The notes: generated from the letters alone by a model not told the origin. DNA of 64,000 bases from Alphaproteobacteria bacterium (GCA_045643605.1 JAZULC010000010.1:96573-160572), one strand, 5' to 3'. Counted from the stretch's first letter, positions 48,111-58,958 are shown. Numbers and translations are program-made.

Positions 48111-49034
48111 TTAAGCAAATCCGTCAACTGAAAAATATTTATCGGCAGAATCAGGGACAATTACAACAATATTTTTATTTTTCATACCATCTCTTTTGGC
48201 TATTTCAACAGCGGCATAAAGTGCTGCTCCGGCAGAGATTCCTACTGAAAGACCTTCTGTTAAAGCAATTTCTTTAGCCATATAAAATGCATTTTCATCA
48301 TCTATTGGAATAATTTCATTTACTAAAGATTTATCATAAAATTTAGGAATAAATCCCGCTCCTATGCCATAAATATGGTGTTGTCCTGCTTTTTTTCCAC
48401 TTAAAACTGAACTTTTTTTAGGTTCTACGGCGACTACATACAAATCAGGATTATATGTTTTTAAGGCAGTTGCTACTCCACTTAATGTTCCGGATGTTCC
48501 GACACCTGCAACAAAAACATCTACGGCCCCTTGTGTATCTTCTAAAATTTCTATACTTGTGCCTAATTTATGAGCATTCAAATTTGCTTCATTTTCAAAT
48601 TGTTTTAAGAGAACGACTTTAGGATTTTTTTGAGCCAACATCTCTGCTTTAGATATGGCCCCTTTCATTCCGTCTGTTGCAGGCGTTAAGATAATTTCTG
48701 CACCAAAATGTTTGATAATTTTTTGCCGTTCTTGTGGCATATTTTCGGGCATAATTATAACCAATTTATAATTTTTTGCGGCACAAATTGCTGCAAGAGA
48801 TATACCCATATTTCCGGAAGTAGCTTCTACAAAAATTGTATCTGCATCAATTCCTCTTTTTTCAGCTTCATTGATTATAAATGCGGCTGCACGATCTTTA
48901 ACAGAAAAAGTCGGATTGAAAAATTCGCATTTTGCTAAAATATTAGCATTAAATTTTAATTTTTGTTGCAATTTATTTAATCTTAACAAAGGTGTATTAC
49001 CTATTAAATCTGTTATACTATCGTATATTTTCAT
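48111..49034 (-). CDS. cysK: cysteine synthase A (PLP-dependent)
   Basis: FNPTFSVKDRAA (PLP lysine), GTSGT, SSG motifs. Confidence 0.85.
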   Translation of the reverse strand: MKIYDSITDLIGNTPLLRLNKLQQKLKFNANILAKCEFFNPTFSVKDRAAAFIINEAEKRGIDADTIFVEATSGNMGISLAAICAAKNYKLVIIMPENMPQERQKIIKHFGAEIILTPATDGMKGAISKAEMLAQKNPKVVLLKQFENEANLNAHKLGTSIEILEDTQGAVDVFVAGVGTSGTLSGVATALKTYNPDLYVVAVEPKKSSVLSGKKAGQHHIYGIGAGFIPKFYDKSLVNEIIPIDDENAFYMAKEIALTEGLSVGISAGAALYAAVEIAKRDGMKNKNIVVIVPDSADKYFSVDGFA

Positions 49035-49039
49035 AAAGA

Positions 49040-49717
49040 CTATGCCTCCTGGATTTCTTTCATTAATCCATCCACAAATTTAGTAATACCCTTTTGTCTT
49101 GTTCTCTTCATACGTTCACCGGAAATAATTTTTTGAATTTTGAGAACAGTTTCGTTAATATCAACATTAACTATAACATAATCAAATTCGTCCCAGTGTT
49201 TTAATTTTTCATAAATTAAGGACATGCGTTTTTCAATAACTTCTTTGGAATCTGTGCCTCTATTTTCTAATCTTCTACGTAATTCTTTAATAGAAGGAGG
49301 TAATAAATAAATAGAAACAACATCTTCAGGGGCTTTTGCTTTAATTTGTCGCATACCTTCCCAATCAACATCAAAAACAACATCTTGACCAATATTTAAG
49401 AAACTGTCAACTTCGGAACGTAAAGTTCCGTATCTGTTTCCGTATTGAGAATCCACATATTCATAAAACGCATCTTGAGATAAAAGCTCATTATATTTAG
49501 CATCATCTATGTAATGATAATCAACACCGTCCGTTTCCCCTTCTCTTTTTGCTCTGGTCGTAACTGAAACCGAAAATTTCAAATTACTATCCTGACGCAA
49601 AAGCTCTTTTATCACAACGCTTTTTCCCGTTCCTGAGGGAGCTTCTATTATAAACATTGCTCCTTTGCGTAGTTGTTTTATGCTATCAATAATGTCGCCC
49701 ATAAATTTTCTCCACAT
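49040..49717 (-). CDS. gmk: guanylate kinase
   Basis: APSGTGKSVV P-loop, TTRAKREGE, and GMP-binding Tyr/Arg residues. Confidence 0.85.
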   Translation of the reverse strand: MWRKFMGDIIDSIKQLRKGAMFIIEAPSGTGKSVVIKELLRQDSNLKFSVSVTTRAKREGETDGVDYHYIDDAKYNELLSQDAFYEYVDSQYGNRYGTLRSEVDSFLNIGQDVVFDVDWEGMRQIKAKAPEDVVSIYLLPPSIKELRRRLENRGTDSKEVIEKRMSLIYEKLKHWDEFDYVIVNVDINETVLKIQKIISGERMKRTRQKGITKFVDGLMKEIQEA

Positions 49718-49782
49718 TTATTTTTTTTTAATTATTATATATGCTAATATAGTTAAAAATAAATTACTGTAAAGGACTGATA

Positions 49783-50535
49783 ATGGATAAAAATATACTC
49801 ATCACCGGTGCATCTTCTGGGATAGGCGAGGCTCTTGCTTTGTATTATGCACAGAATGGTGCAACAAATTTATTTATATGCGGAAGAAATGCTGAAAGAT
49901 TAGAAAAAGTAAAAAAACATTGTGAGCAATTCGGAACAAAAGTTTTTGCTGAGGTTTTAGATGTAACTCAAAAAGTTCTTGTTGAAAAATGGCTGAAAAA
50001 ATGCGAAAAAAAAGCTCCATTAAATATTGTTTTTGCTAATGCCGGAGTTTCTACAGGAACAGAAATACCCGAACATATTTTTAATACTTTTAATATAAAT
50101 GTTTTTGGTATTTTAAACATTGTAGTTCCATGTGTTGAAATTTTTAAGAAGCGCAAAGATACAAATAAACAAATTGTCATTACATCATCTATCGCCGGAT
50201 ACCACGGACTGCCGTCTTGTCCGTCTTATAGTGCATCAAAAGCTTGTATAAAAGCTTATGGTGAAGCATTACGGGGAGATCTTAAAAAATATAACATAAA
50301 AGTATGTACTGTTTGCCCGGGTTTTGTGCGTTCTCGTATTACAGATAAAAATAAATGCCCGATGCCGTTTTTTATGGAAGCAGATAAAGCTGCCAAAATT
50401 ATTGCAAAACGAGTTGATAAAAATATCGGTCTTATTGCATTCCCTTGGCCTATGCGTTTTACAACATGGCTAATGTCAATTTTGCCCAATAGAATAAGCG
50501 ACTTTATCTATGAAAAATTACCTCATAAGGTATAA
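49783..50535 (+). CDS. SDR family oxidoreductase
   Basis: TGASSGIGEA Rossmann motif, YSASK catalytic motif. Confidence 0.75.
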   Translation: MDKNILITGASSGIGEALALYYAQNGATNLFICGRNAERLEKVKKHCEQFGTKVFAEVLDVTQKVLVEKWLKKCEKKAPLNIVFANAGVSTGTEIPEHIFNTFNINVFGILNIVVPCVEIFKKRKDTNKQIVITSSIAGYHGLPSCPSYSASKACIKAYGEALRGDLKKYNIKVCTVCPGFVRSRITDKNKCPMPFFMEADKAAKIIAKRVDKNIGLIAFPWPMRFTTWLMSILPNRISDFIYEKLPHKV

Positions 50536-50539
50536 AAAA

Positions 50540-51058
50540 TTATTGGCGTTTTCTACGCAATATAATATACAAAGCACCTGTTCCACCGAGTTTTTCCGCA
50601 GGGTTATTAACAGATAAAATTAACGGCCTTATATCTGCATCGTTCAACCATACAGGTACACTGTCACGCAATACTCCGCCGGTAGAAAAAATGTTGTCGT
50701 TATCTTTGTGAACACCTTTTCCCGTAACTATTATGATACAACGTTTACCTCCGTTATAACAAGAAAACACAAAATTTCGTACGGCAGTATATGCCTGATC
50801 CAAAGTATATCCGTGTAAATCCAGTTTAGCTTCTATTTTAAAAGAATTACGTTTAATTTTTTTTGCGGTAGAAGCATCAACATTATGAAAATCTGATAAT
50901 TGCAAATTATCTGTAAATCCGCTGTGAGAAACGAAAGGAATAGATTCTTCCTTTTTTGCTGTATGTGATTTTATTTTGTGAGAAACTACAAGATTGGAAG
51001 AAATTTTTCTAATTCCGGCCACAGTGTCTTCCCAAAATTTTTCTTCATCATCAGTCAT
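50540..51058 (-). CDS. Smr/MutS2-family domain protein
   Basis: C-terminal Smr domain (LDLHGYTLDQAYTAV...VTGKG). Confidence 0.7.
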   Translation of the reverse strand: MTDDEEKFWEDTVAGIRKISSNLVVSHKIKSHTAKKEESIPFVSHSGFTDNLQLSDFHNVDASTAKKIKRNSFKIEAKLDLHGYTLDQAYTAVRNFVFSCYNGGKRCIIIVTGKGVHKDNDNIFSTGGVLRDSVPVWLNDADIRPLILSVNNPAEKLGGTGALYIILRRKRQ

Positions 51059-52259
51059 TGTTTTTCGGCATTAAAATATAATAACGACCGGAAGAACTCA
51101 TTTTGCCGGCATTTTCAAGAGCAGTTTCTCCATATCCCCAAAAAAAGTCTCCGCGTATTGTCCCGACAATAGCTTTTCCAACGTCTTGTGCTATAACTAA
51201 TTTTTCTAAAGGTTTTTTATCAGGATAACTTGTTTCCAACCATAGCATTGTTCCGAGAGGAATTTTAGTCCTGTCAACAGCAATACTTCTTTGCGGGGTT
51301 AATTCTATGCCTTGAGCTCCGATAGCACCTTTTGTATCAGATATTTTGAAAAAAACAAAACGTTCGTTTCTTTGCATATATTTCAATCCTTCTTCAGGAT
51401 GTGCTTTTAACCATTTTTTGACTTCCGACATAGAGGCTTTACCGGATTCAACTTTTTTATCTTCCAAAAGCATTGCCCCGATACCTCTAAATTGTTTGCC
51501 GTTATTCTCAATATAATTTATTGAAACAAAACTTCCATCGGGTAAAACAGCTATCGCTGAACCTTGAATTTGCATAATAAAAACATCTACCAAATTATCG
51601 GCCCATAACAATACAGGAAATTTTTTTGTATCAGCTATATTTTGTTCTATTTCGGCACGGGTATAATAGGGAATAAATTCTCCGTTTTCAACACGACCGA
51701 CAAGTCTTTCTTTTGGAAAAGAACTGTCAAATTTTTGCAAATTAGCAAAAACTAAATCTTCAGGTTTGGCGTATATAGGATATTTATATATATCAGATTT
51801 TTGTTTAGAAACATTGATAGTTGCATTGTAATAAGCTGTAATTCTTCCATCATAGATTCCATTTTCACTGATAGAATAAGGAATAAAATTATCCTCTACG
51901 AAAGTTTTAAAGCTATCGTTGTTTTTTATTTTTTCATCAAAAAAATTTTTACATATATTTTGATATTGTATTGTAGGTATTTTTATAACAGTATCACCAA
52001 GAAATTCTTTTTTCTCTTTTAAAATCTGATTACAAGACAGTGAAAATGCTTTTATAAAATCATCAAAATTTTCTTTTTTCCAACTTTTGAAATCAGAAAA
52101 TGATACCTTTTGCAATTTAACTTCTTTGCCGTCTGATGACACAAAAGATAATTCTTCTGCGATATTATCTTGTTTTTTAGAACAAGAAAACAGAAAAAAA
52201 ACACTAAAAATTATTATGCAAAAATTTTTTATCATTTTTTTGTTGAAGCCAATAACCAT
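51051..52259 (-). CDS. mltA: murein transglycosylase A
   Basis: MltA domain plus C-terminal 3D domain (GYGETALENAG). Lipoprotein signal LFSCS. Confidence 0.8.
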   Translation of the reverse strand: MVIGFNKKMIKNFCIIIFSVFFLFSCSKKQDNIAEELSFVSSDGKEVKLQKVSFSDFKSWKKENFDDFIKAFSLSCNQILKEKKEFLGDTVIKIPTIQYQNICKNFFDEKIKNNDSFKTFVEDNFIPYSISENGIYDGRITAYYNATINVSKQKSDIYKYPIYAKPEDLVFANLQKFDSSFPKERLVGRVENGEFIPYYTRAEIEQNIADTKKFPVLLWADNLVDVFIMQIQGSAIAVLPDGSFVSINYIENNGKQFRGIGAMLLEDKKVESGKASMSEVKKWLKAHPEEGLKYMQRNERFVFFKISDTKGAIGAQGIELTPQRSIAVDRTKIPLGTMLWLETSYPDKKPLEKLVIAQDVGKAIVGTIRGDFFWGYGETALENAGKMSSSGRYYILMPKNND

Positions 52260-52855
52260 ACATTACTTTGTTTATTTAAATCTCGTTCAAAAGTCCAAAC
52301 ATCATCTATTTTTTGAACAAAATTTTCATCACCTTTAATAATTTTCCCATCAGAATCTTTCAACACGTTTACTTGTTCTGAAATAAAATTAACGCTAATT
52401 TTCGCCAAAGTTTTTGTAATTTTAGCATCAATAATTTCTGTTTTATCAAAGCCGACAAAATCCGTTTCTGCAACTTGCCCGTCAGCATGTCGTTGCAAAA
52501 TAATTTCTTCAAATTTTGAGTATATTTTTTTAGTTGTTAAAAATTTTAATGTTTCTAAATCTTCTTCAGCAAAAGCTTTAATAATTATTTCAAAAGCACG
52601 TGAAGCACCTTTCAAAAACAGGTCCTTATTGAAATCTGGTATTTTGGATAAGGTGATATCCATATCAGATAACGGCTCTGTTTCCGGAAGTCCTTCTAAA
52701 GTATTTTCGCTTAATGCCTCAATAATTTCTTTTGCTTTTTCTTTATTAACAATAATTACTTTTTCGTTGCCCGGACGAGAACCTAACAAACCATTTAATC
52801 TGACAAAAATTATTATCGCAACTATTAACCAAAATAAGATATCTACATAAGCCAT
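52232..52855 (-). CDS. Tim44-like domain protein
   Basis: N-terminal TM, C-terminal NTF2-like Tim44 domain, as in alphaproteobacterial Tim44 homologs. Confidence 0.7.
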   Translation of the reverse strand: MAYVDILFWLIVAIIIFVRLNGLLGSRPGNEKVIIVNKEKAKEIIEALSENTLEGLPETEPLSDMDITLSKIPDFNKDLFLKGASRAFEIIIKAFAEEDLETLKFLTTKKIYSKFEEIILQRHADGQVAETDFVGFDKTEIIDAKITKTLAKISVNFISEQVNVLKDSDGKIIKGDENFVQKIDDVWTFERDLNKQSNVWLLASTKK

Positions 52856-52976
52856 TTATTTTCTCCTTACGAGTAATATATATTTGAAAAATTATATTAT
52901 CAACCATAAATATTTGACTACTTAAAATATTTGTTGTATGTTGCAGAAAAATTGACAATAAGAAAGGAATATTAAT

Positions 52977-53444
52977 ATGGCAGAAGATACCCAAAAACAA
53001 ACTCCGGCAGTAGTTTTTAACAATCAATATATTAAGGATTTATCGTTAGAAATTCCATTTGCTCCTGAAATTTTTCGTGAAATAAAAGAAGCTCCAAAAG
53101 TAAATATTGATGTTGATATAAATGCTAAAAATTTAGGCGAAAGTTACTATAATGTTGATTTACATATTACAATCAATGGCGACATAAATGAGAAAAAATT
53201 ATTTGTTCTTGAATTAACTTATTCATCTGTAGTTAATATCAATGTACCGGAAGAGCATTTGGAACCTGTTTTATTAATTGAAGTTCCAAGATTATTGTTC
53301 CCGTTTGCACGAAATGTTGTTACTCAATGCTTAACTGAAGGTGGATTGCCTCCGTTTATGATTAATCCGATAGATTTCGGTGCTATATATGCAGCAAAAA
53401 AGCTCAAAGAAACAACAAAAGAATCTGAAAAAAAATCAAATTAA
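52977..53444 (+). CDS. secB: protein-export chaperone SecB
   Basis: SecB fold signature (...LLIEVPRLLFPFARNVVTQCLTEGGLPP...). Confidence 0.85.
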   Translation: MAEDTQKQTPAVVFNNQYIKDLSLEIPFAPEIFREIKEAPKVNIDVDINAKNLGESYYNVDLHITINGDINEKKLFVLELTYSSVVNINVPEEHLEPVLLIEVPRLLFPFARNVVTQCLTEGGLPPFMINPIDFGAIYAAKKLKETTKESEKKSN

Positions 53445-53609
53445 TTAAGAACAATTATCGTTTTTGCCCTTATGTTCATAAATTTATTTGTTCATAAGGG
53501 CTTTTTTTTGCTATGTTAACTTATTCATAATATTTTTGAAATATATTACAGCACGAATATTGCAAAACTGTAATATTAAAAATTGAGTTTAGTTAGAAAG
53601 GAATTTTTT

Positions 53610-54158
53610 ATGAATAAAACTTTATTGCTTGCCGGTGTTGCTTGCTTATTTGCTGCAAATGCCAGTGCAGAAATGACACCTTATGTTGGTGCAGATTATG
53701 TTTATACTATGCGTGGTATGGATCAAGATGCTGAAAATGCTCTAGTTGATCATTCTCATGGTGGCGCTCTCGTTGCCGGTGCAAAATTCAATAAGTGGAC
53801 AGGTGTTGAAGCATTCTATTCATTAACAAAACAAAACAGCAATCATTTTGGAGGTAATAAATATCATGACCGTGTACAAGCTTATGGTATTGATGCTTTA
53901 GGATATTTGCCTCTCGGATGTGATCAAAAAGTAGAATTGTTGGCTGGTTTAGGTATTGCTGAATACGAAATGAAATGGAGAAAGGCTGGCGATGGTTCAG
54001 ATAAAGAAGAAATGGTTGGCTATCGTGCAACTGTAGGTGCTCAATATAATATTGATGAAAACTGGTCTGCTCGTGCAGCATATCGTCATGTATATATGCA
54101 ACATTCATTTGTAAATGATTTGAATGAATTATCTTTAGGTATCAGATATAATTTCTAA
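53610..54158 (+). CDS. outer membrane beta-barrel protein (Omp25/Hbp-like), paralog of 1199..1738
   Basis: Signal peptide MNKTLLLAGVACLFAANASA, C-terminal ...GIRYNF. Confidence 0.6.
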   Translation: MNKTLLLAGVACLFAANASAEMTPYVGADYVYTMRGMDQDAENALVDHSHGGALVAGAKFNKWTGVEAFYSLTKQNSNHFGGNKYHDRVQAYGIDALGYLPLGCDQKVELLAGLGIAEYEMKWRKAGDGSDKEEMVGYRATVGAQYNIDENWSARAAYRHVYMQHSFVNDLNELSLGIRYNF

Positions 54159-54184
54159 TCAACAAAGAATAACTAAAAAAAATA

Positions 54185-54216
54185 AAACTCCGGTAATTTT
54201 TATCGGAGTTTTATTT
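54185..54216. terminator. bidirectional rho-independent terminator
   Basis: aaactccg...cggagttt hairpin between convergent genes. Confidence 0.45.
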
Positions 54217-54227
54217 TCTGTATTAAT

Positions 54228-54983
54228 TTATTTATATAATTCATAAAGGATAATAGATGCTGCCGTTGCAACGTTTAAGCTCTCTACATTTTCACTCATA
54301 GGTATTTTAACGCTTATATCACAGGATTCTTCTACTAAACGGCGCATACCTTTTCCTTCAGACCCCATAACTATCGCAATTTTTCCGTTTTTATCTAAAG
54401 TGCTGATTGTTTCTTTTGCATAACCATCAAGACCTACGACCCAAAAACCGTAATCTTTTAATTTTTCTATTGTTCTGGATATATTAGTAACCCTTATAAT
54501 CGGCAAATGCTCAATTGTTCCTACAGAAGCTTTTACTATTGCGGATGTTTCTTGTGGCGAATTTTTATCCTGCATAATTAAGGCATCACAACCAAAAGCG
54601 ACGCAAGACCTGATAATTGTCCCAATGTTTTGTGGATCTGTTACCTGATCCAAAATCATTATGTTCGCTTTTGTGTGGTCTTTTATTTTGTCGCAAATTT
54701 CTTCAATAGTGTAATCTTTCAGCTTTGAACAAAACAACAAAAAACCTTGGTGAACAGAATTTTGTGGTAATAACTTTTCAATTTCTTTACGTTCAACAAC
54801 CTGCAACAAAGTTTTATCCGTGTTGTTTTGTTGTAATATGGAATTCAATTCTTTAAAATTTTCCTGCGTACACATTATTTTGCTGATTTTCCGTTGAGGA
54901 TTTTGCAAAGCACTAATTACAGCATGGCGCCCATAAAGCAATACACTGTCAGGTGATTGTATCTTTTCTTTTTTATATTGCAT
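54228..54983 (-). CDS. rlmB: 23S rRNA (guanosine-2'-O)-methyltransferase RlmB (SpoU/TrmH family)
   Basis: SpoU-type motifs (ILDQVTDPQNIGTIIRS, IVMGSEGKG, SLNVATAAS). Confidence 0.8.
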   Translation of the reverse strand: MQYKKEKIQSPDSVLLYGRHAVISALQNPQRKISKIMCTQENFKELNSILQQNNTDKTLLQVVERKEIEKLLPQNSVHQGFLLFCSKLKDYTIEEICDKIKDHTKANIMILDQVTDPQNIGTIIRSCVAFGCDALIMQDKNSPQETSAIVKASVGTIEHLPIIRVTNISRTIEKLKDYGFWVVGLDGYAKETISTLDKNGKIAIVMGSEGKGMRRLVEESCDISVKIPMSENVESLNVATAASIILYELYK

Positions 54984-55140
54984 AATATATCTCTCTATAA
55001 ATGATATTAAAAACTATATTTTATATTTTTTAGTGGATAATATTTAATAAAAGCATAAAAAACTGTTGACAATAACAAAAAAATAAGGTTATGTACACGA
55101 AGAATTATTTAAAGGACTAAAGCTTTTATTCCTTTTATCT

Positions 55141-55226
55141 GGAGGGGTGGCAGAGCGGTCAAATGCAACGGACTGTAAATCCGTCGACTTTCGTCTACGA
55201 TGGTTCGAATCCATCCCCCTCCACCA
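55141..55226 (+). tRNA. tRNA-Tyr(GTA)
   Basis: 86 nt: GGAGGGG acceptor, anticodon loop cTGTAaa, long variable arm, CCA. Confidence 0.9.
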
Positions 55227-55252
55227 TTAACTTTGGTTCTCAAGGTTTATAA

Positions 55253-55326
55253 GCGGGTGTAGCTCAATGGTAGAGCAGAAGCCTTCCAAGCTTATGACGG
55301 GGGTTCGATTCCCCTCACCCGCTCCA
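55253..55326 (+). tRNA. tRNA-Gly(TCC)
   Basis: 74 nt: GCGGGTG acceptor, anticodon loop cTTCCaa, GTTCGATTC T-loop, CCA. Confidence 0.9.
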
Positions 55327-55380
55327 ATTATATTTCTCGAGAATCTGTCTTAAACAATGCATTTTTAGGAAAACAAAACA

Positions 55381-56571
55381 ATGGCAAAAGAGAAGTTTGA
55401 ACGCAGTAAGCCGCACTGCAATATCGGAACGATAGGACACGTAGACCACGGAAAGACAACATTGACGGCAGCAATAACAAAAGTGTTGGCAGAGAACGGA
55501 GCAGCAGAATTTGTAGATTATGCAAATATCGATAAAGCCCCAGAAGAGAGAGCACGTGGAATAACGATAAACACATCACACGTAGAATATGAGACAGAGA
55601 ACAGACACTACGCACACGTAGACTGTCCTGGCCACGCAGACTATGTAAAGAATATGATAACCGGAGCAGCTCAAATGGATGGAGCGATTTTGGTAGTATC
55701 ATCAGCAGACGGTCCAATGCCACAAACAAGAGAACATATATTGTTGGCAAGACAAGTAGGCGTACCAGCAATTGTAGTATACATGAACAAAGTAGATCAA
55801 GTAGATGATCCGGAATTATTAGAATTGGTAGAAATGGAAATCAGAGATTTGTTAAGTTCATATGACTTCCCAGGAGATGAAATACCAATCATAAAAGGAT
55901 CAGCATTAACAGTATTAGAGAACGGAGATCCAAAGATCGGACACGATTCAATAATAGAATTGATGAAGGCAGTAGATAGTTATATACCACAGCCAGAAAG
56001 ACCAAAGGATCAACCATTCTTGATGCCAATAGAAGATGTATTCTCAATCTCAGGAAGAGGAACAGTGGTAACCGGACGTGTAGAAAGAGGCGTGTTGAAA
56101 GTAGGCGATGAAATAGAAATCGTAGGTATCAAACCAACACAAAGAACAACATGTACAGGCGTAGAAATGTTCCGTAAGTTGTTAGATCAAGGCGAAGCCG
56201 GAGATAACATCGGAGTATTGTTAAGAGGAACAAAGAGAGAAGAAGTAGAAAGAGGACAAGTATTGGCAGCGCCAGGAACAATAACACCACATACAGAATT
56301 TGAATGTGAATGTTATATCTTGACGAAAGAAGAAGGAGGAAGACATACACCATTCTTTAACAACTATCGTCCACAATTTTATTTCAGAACAACAGACGTA
56401 ACCGGAGCAATAGAATTGCCAGCAGGAGTAGAAATGGTAATGCCAGGAGATAACATCAAAATGACAGCAAAATTGATACACCCAATTGCAATGAACGAAG
56501 GTTTAAGATTTGCTATAAGAGAAGGCGGCCACACAGTAGGAGCCGGAGTAGTAGCAAAGATTTTGAAATAA
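55381..56571 (+). CDS. tuf: elongation factor Tu
   Basis: [18 protein letters not shown] GTPase motifs. Full-length 396 aa. Local codon bias is typical of highly expressed genes. Confidence 0.97.
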   Translation: MAKEKFERSKPHCNIGTIGHVDHGKTTLTAAITKVLAENGAAEFVDYANIDKAPEERARGITINTSHVEYETENRHYAHVDCPGHADYVKNMITGAAQMDGAILVVSSADGPMPQTREHILLARQVGVPAIVVYMNKVDQVDDPELLELVEMEIRDLLSSYDFPGDEIPIIKGSALTVLENGDPKIGHDSIIELMKAVDSYIPQPERPKDQPFLMPIEDVFSISGRGTVVTGRVERGVLKVGDEIEIVGIKPTQRTTCTGVEMFRKLLDQGEAGDNIGVLLRGTKREEVERGQVLAAPGTITPHTEFECECYILTKEEGGRHTPFFNNYRPQFYFRTTDVTGAIELPAGVEMVMPGDNIKMTAKLIHPIAMNEGLRFAIREGGHTVGAGVVAKILK

Positions 56572-56597
56572 TCTCAACTTTGTGAATAAAAAAATAA

Positions 56598-56630
56598 AAA
56601 CCTCTGATGAATAATCAGGGGTTTTTGTTT
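56598..56630 (+). terminator. rho-independent terminator after tuf
   Basis: aacctctgat-gaata-atcaggggtt followed by a T-run. Confidence 0.45.
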
Positions 56631-56942
56631 GTTTTTTTATCTATATAAAATTGAAATTAACACATAAAAACAATGTGTTACACAACAAAAAACTGCATCA
56701 AAAAAGCAACCTTTTTGCTGTTTTTATCAAACATAGAAAGATATCTATAATCTTCTTCTCTTATTTTATATTTTGTCATAAGCATATATAGATAAACTTT
56801 CATGAGATATCTCCTTCGTTTAAGAGCATAAAATAATCAAAAATAATGTAAATCAAGAAAATAGTTGCAATATTATTTTAATTGACAAAAAAACAAAATC
56901 TGCTAAAATTTTGGCATTATATTTTATGATGAGCGTAATAAA

Positions 56943-57716
56943 ATGAAACTGCGTGATATATTTATAGTCAGTCAAGATGGGCTTGACCCTGAAGTAAATG
57001 CTGTTGCTGTTGAAGCAATAAATGATATGATGGATTGCTTCCCAAAATATAAAGCTAATTATCCGATAACAGATCTTGGTCCATGGAAAGATCCTAATGG
57101 TTATCGCTATATTGAAGACGGGCATATTTATTTGGATGATTATAAAAGCACAAAGTGGCATATAGAAAAAGCAAGGAAAAAAGCTCGTGAGGATGGCAGA
57201 CTTAACCAACTCAATGCAAATGAATTGCTAAACACTATGAGCACAGATCCAACTAATCATCAAATTCCACAGTTTACAATTGTGCTTACCAAAGATGATT
57301 TATATCCGAATAAGAATATGAACTATTGCTTAGGTATAGGATATGAAGGATTGGGATGTATTGTTTCTGCTTATAGATATTCAGATAAAAATGGTAAGTT
57401 AATCGATAAAGAGACCTTCAAAACAGTTCTTATGCATGAATTCGGACACGTTATACAGCTCACCTATGAAGGCAGAAAAAATTCAGTAGAAATGTATGGA
57501 CCACACTGTACTGATAAATGTGGCTTATGCATTATGCAACAACGTGCTAATGGTGATTATAGTAAAATAACCAGAGCAAGGTTAGCAGCAAAGAAAATAG
57601 GTTTACCCCCAATATGTCCTGATTGTGTAGAAGCTGGAAATAGGTTTTTCAGTAAAGAATACGAGAGATTATGCGTTCTAGAAACTATGAGAGATTTTGG
57701 TATAAATCGCCGATAA
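56943..57716 (+). CDS. archaemetzincin-like zinc metalloprotease (HExxH plus Cys-rich motif)
   Basis: HEFGHVIQL...GPHCTDKCGLCIM...CPDC resembles the archaemetzincin HExxH-x-G-x3-C-x4-C-x-M...C-x2-C signature, with atypical spacing. Confidence 0.35.
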   Translation: MKLRDIFIVSQDGLDPEVNAVAVEAINDMMDCFPKYKANYPITDLGPWKDPNGYRYIEDGHIYLDDYKSTKWHIEKARKKAREDGRLNQLNANELLNTMSTDPTNHQIPQFTIVLTKDDLYPNKNMNYCLGIGYEGLGCIVSAYRYSDKNGKLIDKETFKTVLMHEFGHVIQLTYEGRKNSVEMYGPHCTDKCGLCIMQQRANGDYSKITRARLAAKKIGLPPICPDCVEAGNRFFSKEYERLCVLETMRDFGINRR

Positions 57717-57791
57717 ACAAACTTCATGCTTTATTAATTTAGAAACTATATACTATATACTTAACATCTGCTTGTTCAAGGTTTATAGTTT

Positions 57792-57998
57792 ATGTATATT
57801 ACAACTATAAAGTATAAGGTAAAGATGCTGGAGATACTATCTAAAATTGAAGAAAACCGCAAGAAATTACAAAGACTTTTGAAGAATAAGGATAATCAAA
57901 AGTCACTCAAGGCTTGGCTTGACCTAAAATGGTACCACCGGCGTAAGCCGATAGAGGTTAGTGCCTTAATATTCCTGCGGAACTGTCTTTACATTTAA
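57792..57998 (+). CDS. hypothetical small basic protein (68 aa)
   Basis: ORF only. No RBS or motif support. Confidence 0.25.
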   Translation: MYITTIKYKVKMLEILSKIEENRKKLQRLLKNKDNQKSLKAWLDLKWYHRRKPIEVSALIFLRNCLYI

Positions 57999-58059
57999 AT
58001 GAAAGCTGTACCGGAAAACTAAAAATGTTTGAGATATTTTCTCAAACATTTAATATTAT

Positions 58060-58136
58060 TGGCGTCAGCGGCGGGACTCGAACCCACTACCCACAGTTTA
58101 GGAAACTGTTGCTCTATCCTGATGAGCTACGCCGAC
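58060..58136 (-). tRNA. tRNA-Arg(CCT)
   Basis: 77-nt minus-strand cloverleaf: GTCGGCG acceptor, anticodon loop tTCCTaa, GTTCGAGTC T-loop. A terminator hairpin at 58024..58052 follows. Confidence 0.85.
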
Positions 58137-58354
58137 GCAACTGGCTTTTTATACAACCGTTTTTATAAATCTGCAAGAAATTTTTCGGAACATATTTACC
58201 AGATAATTTTTTTGTATTTCAAAGATACTTTCATAAATAGCTATGTGTTTCTTTTGTTTAAAGTAAAGTCATAATATTTATCTTTGTTAGTACTTATTTA
58301 ATACAATTATATATATAACACATATTAAAAATAACCGAAATTAAAGGAAAAAAT

Positions 58355-58858
58355 ATGAAAAAATATATGTTATTGTTTTTAGGATTGTTTCTATTTTATT
58401 CTGGAACTGTAATTGCAAAAAATACTGATGAGGTATTGCCCAGATTTGCTTCTTTGCGGTCAGGCTTGATAAATTCTCGTTCGGGTCCAAGCAAAAAATA
58501 TCCTATACAATGGGTATATACACAAAAAACTGCTCCTGTAGAAATTTTACAAGAACATATGTACGAAAAAGAAAAATGGTACAAAATAAGAGATTGGGAA
58601 AATGATGAAAGTTGGGTTCATCATACCATGATATCCGATAATCGTTATATTAAAGTAGTATCGCCGGGAGAAAATAATTTATATGACAATCCTGATTATA
58701 ACTCTGAAGTTGTCGCTAAAGTAGAAGCTGGAGTTGTCGGAGAAATTAAAAAATGCCCCAAACAAAAACAATTTTGTTTAGCAAAATTTCAAAATATAGA
58801 AGCATGGATATCAAAAAATGATATTTTCGGCATTTATAATGATGAAGATATAAAATAA
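58355..58858 (+). CDS. secreted SH3b-like domain protein
   Basis: Signal peptide. Two SH3b-like repeats (..WYKIRDWENDESWVHHTM.. and ..AKVEAGVVGEIKKC..). Confidence 0.45.
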   Translation: MKKYMLLFLGLFLFYSGTVIAKNTDEVLPRFASLRSGLINSRSGPSKKYPIQWVYTQKTAPVEILQEHMYEKEKWYKIRDWENDESWVHHTMISDNRYIKVVSPGENNLYDNPDYNSEVVAKVEAGVVGEIKKCPKQKQFCLAKFQNIEAWISKNDIFGIYNDEDIK

Positions 58859-58958
58859 ATCATGCAAAGTTTATTTTTGCAGTTATTTTTTGAAAAAATA
58901 ATAAAAAAGTTCTTGCAAGTTAAAATAAAATGGGATAAAAGGTCTGAACAGATGCACT

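Noticed and set aside
55328-55771. 147-aa minus-strand ORF
   Set aside because: Entirely antisense to tuf. An artefact of the stop-poor, biased codon usage of the EF-Tu gene.
56572-58060. att-type direct repeat of the tRNA-Arg(CCT) 3' end that would delimit an island containing the archaemetzincin-like gene
   Set aside because: No copy of tggcgtcagcggcggg or similar was found in 56572..58059. The region is reported only as atypical gene content.
58029-58274. 81-aa ORF overlapping tRNA-Arg(CCT)
   Set aside because: Overlaps a clear tRNA and its terminator hairpin.
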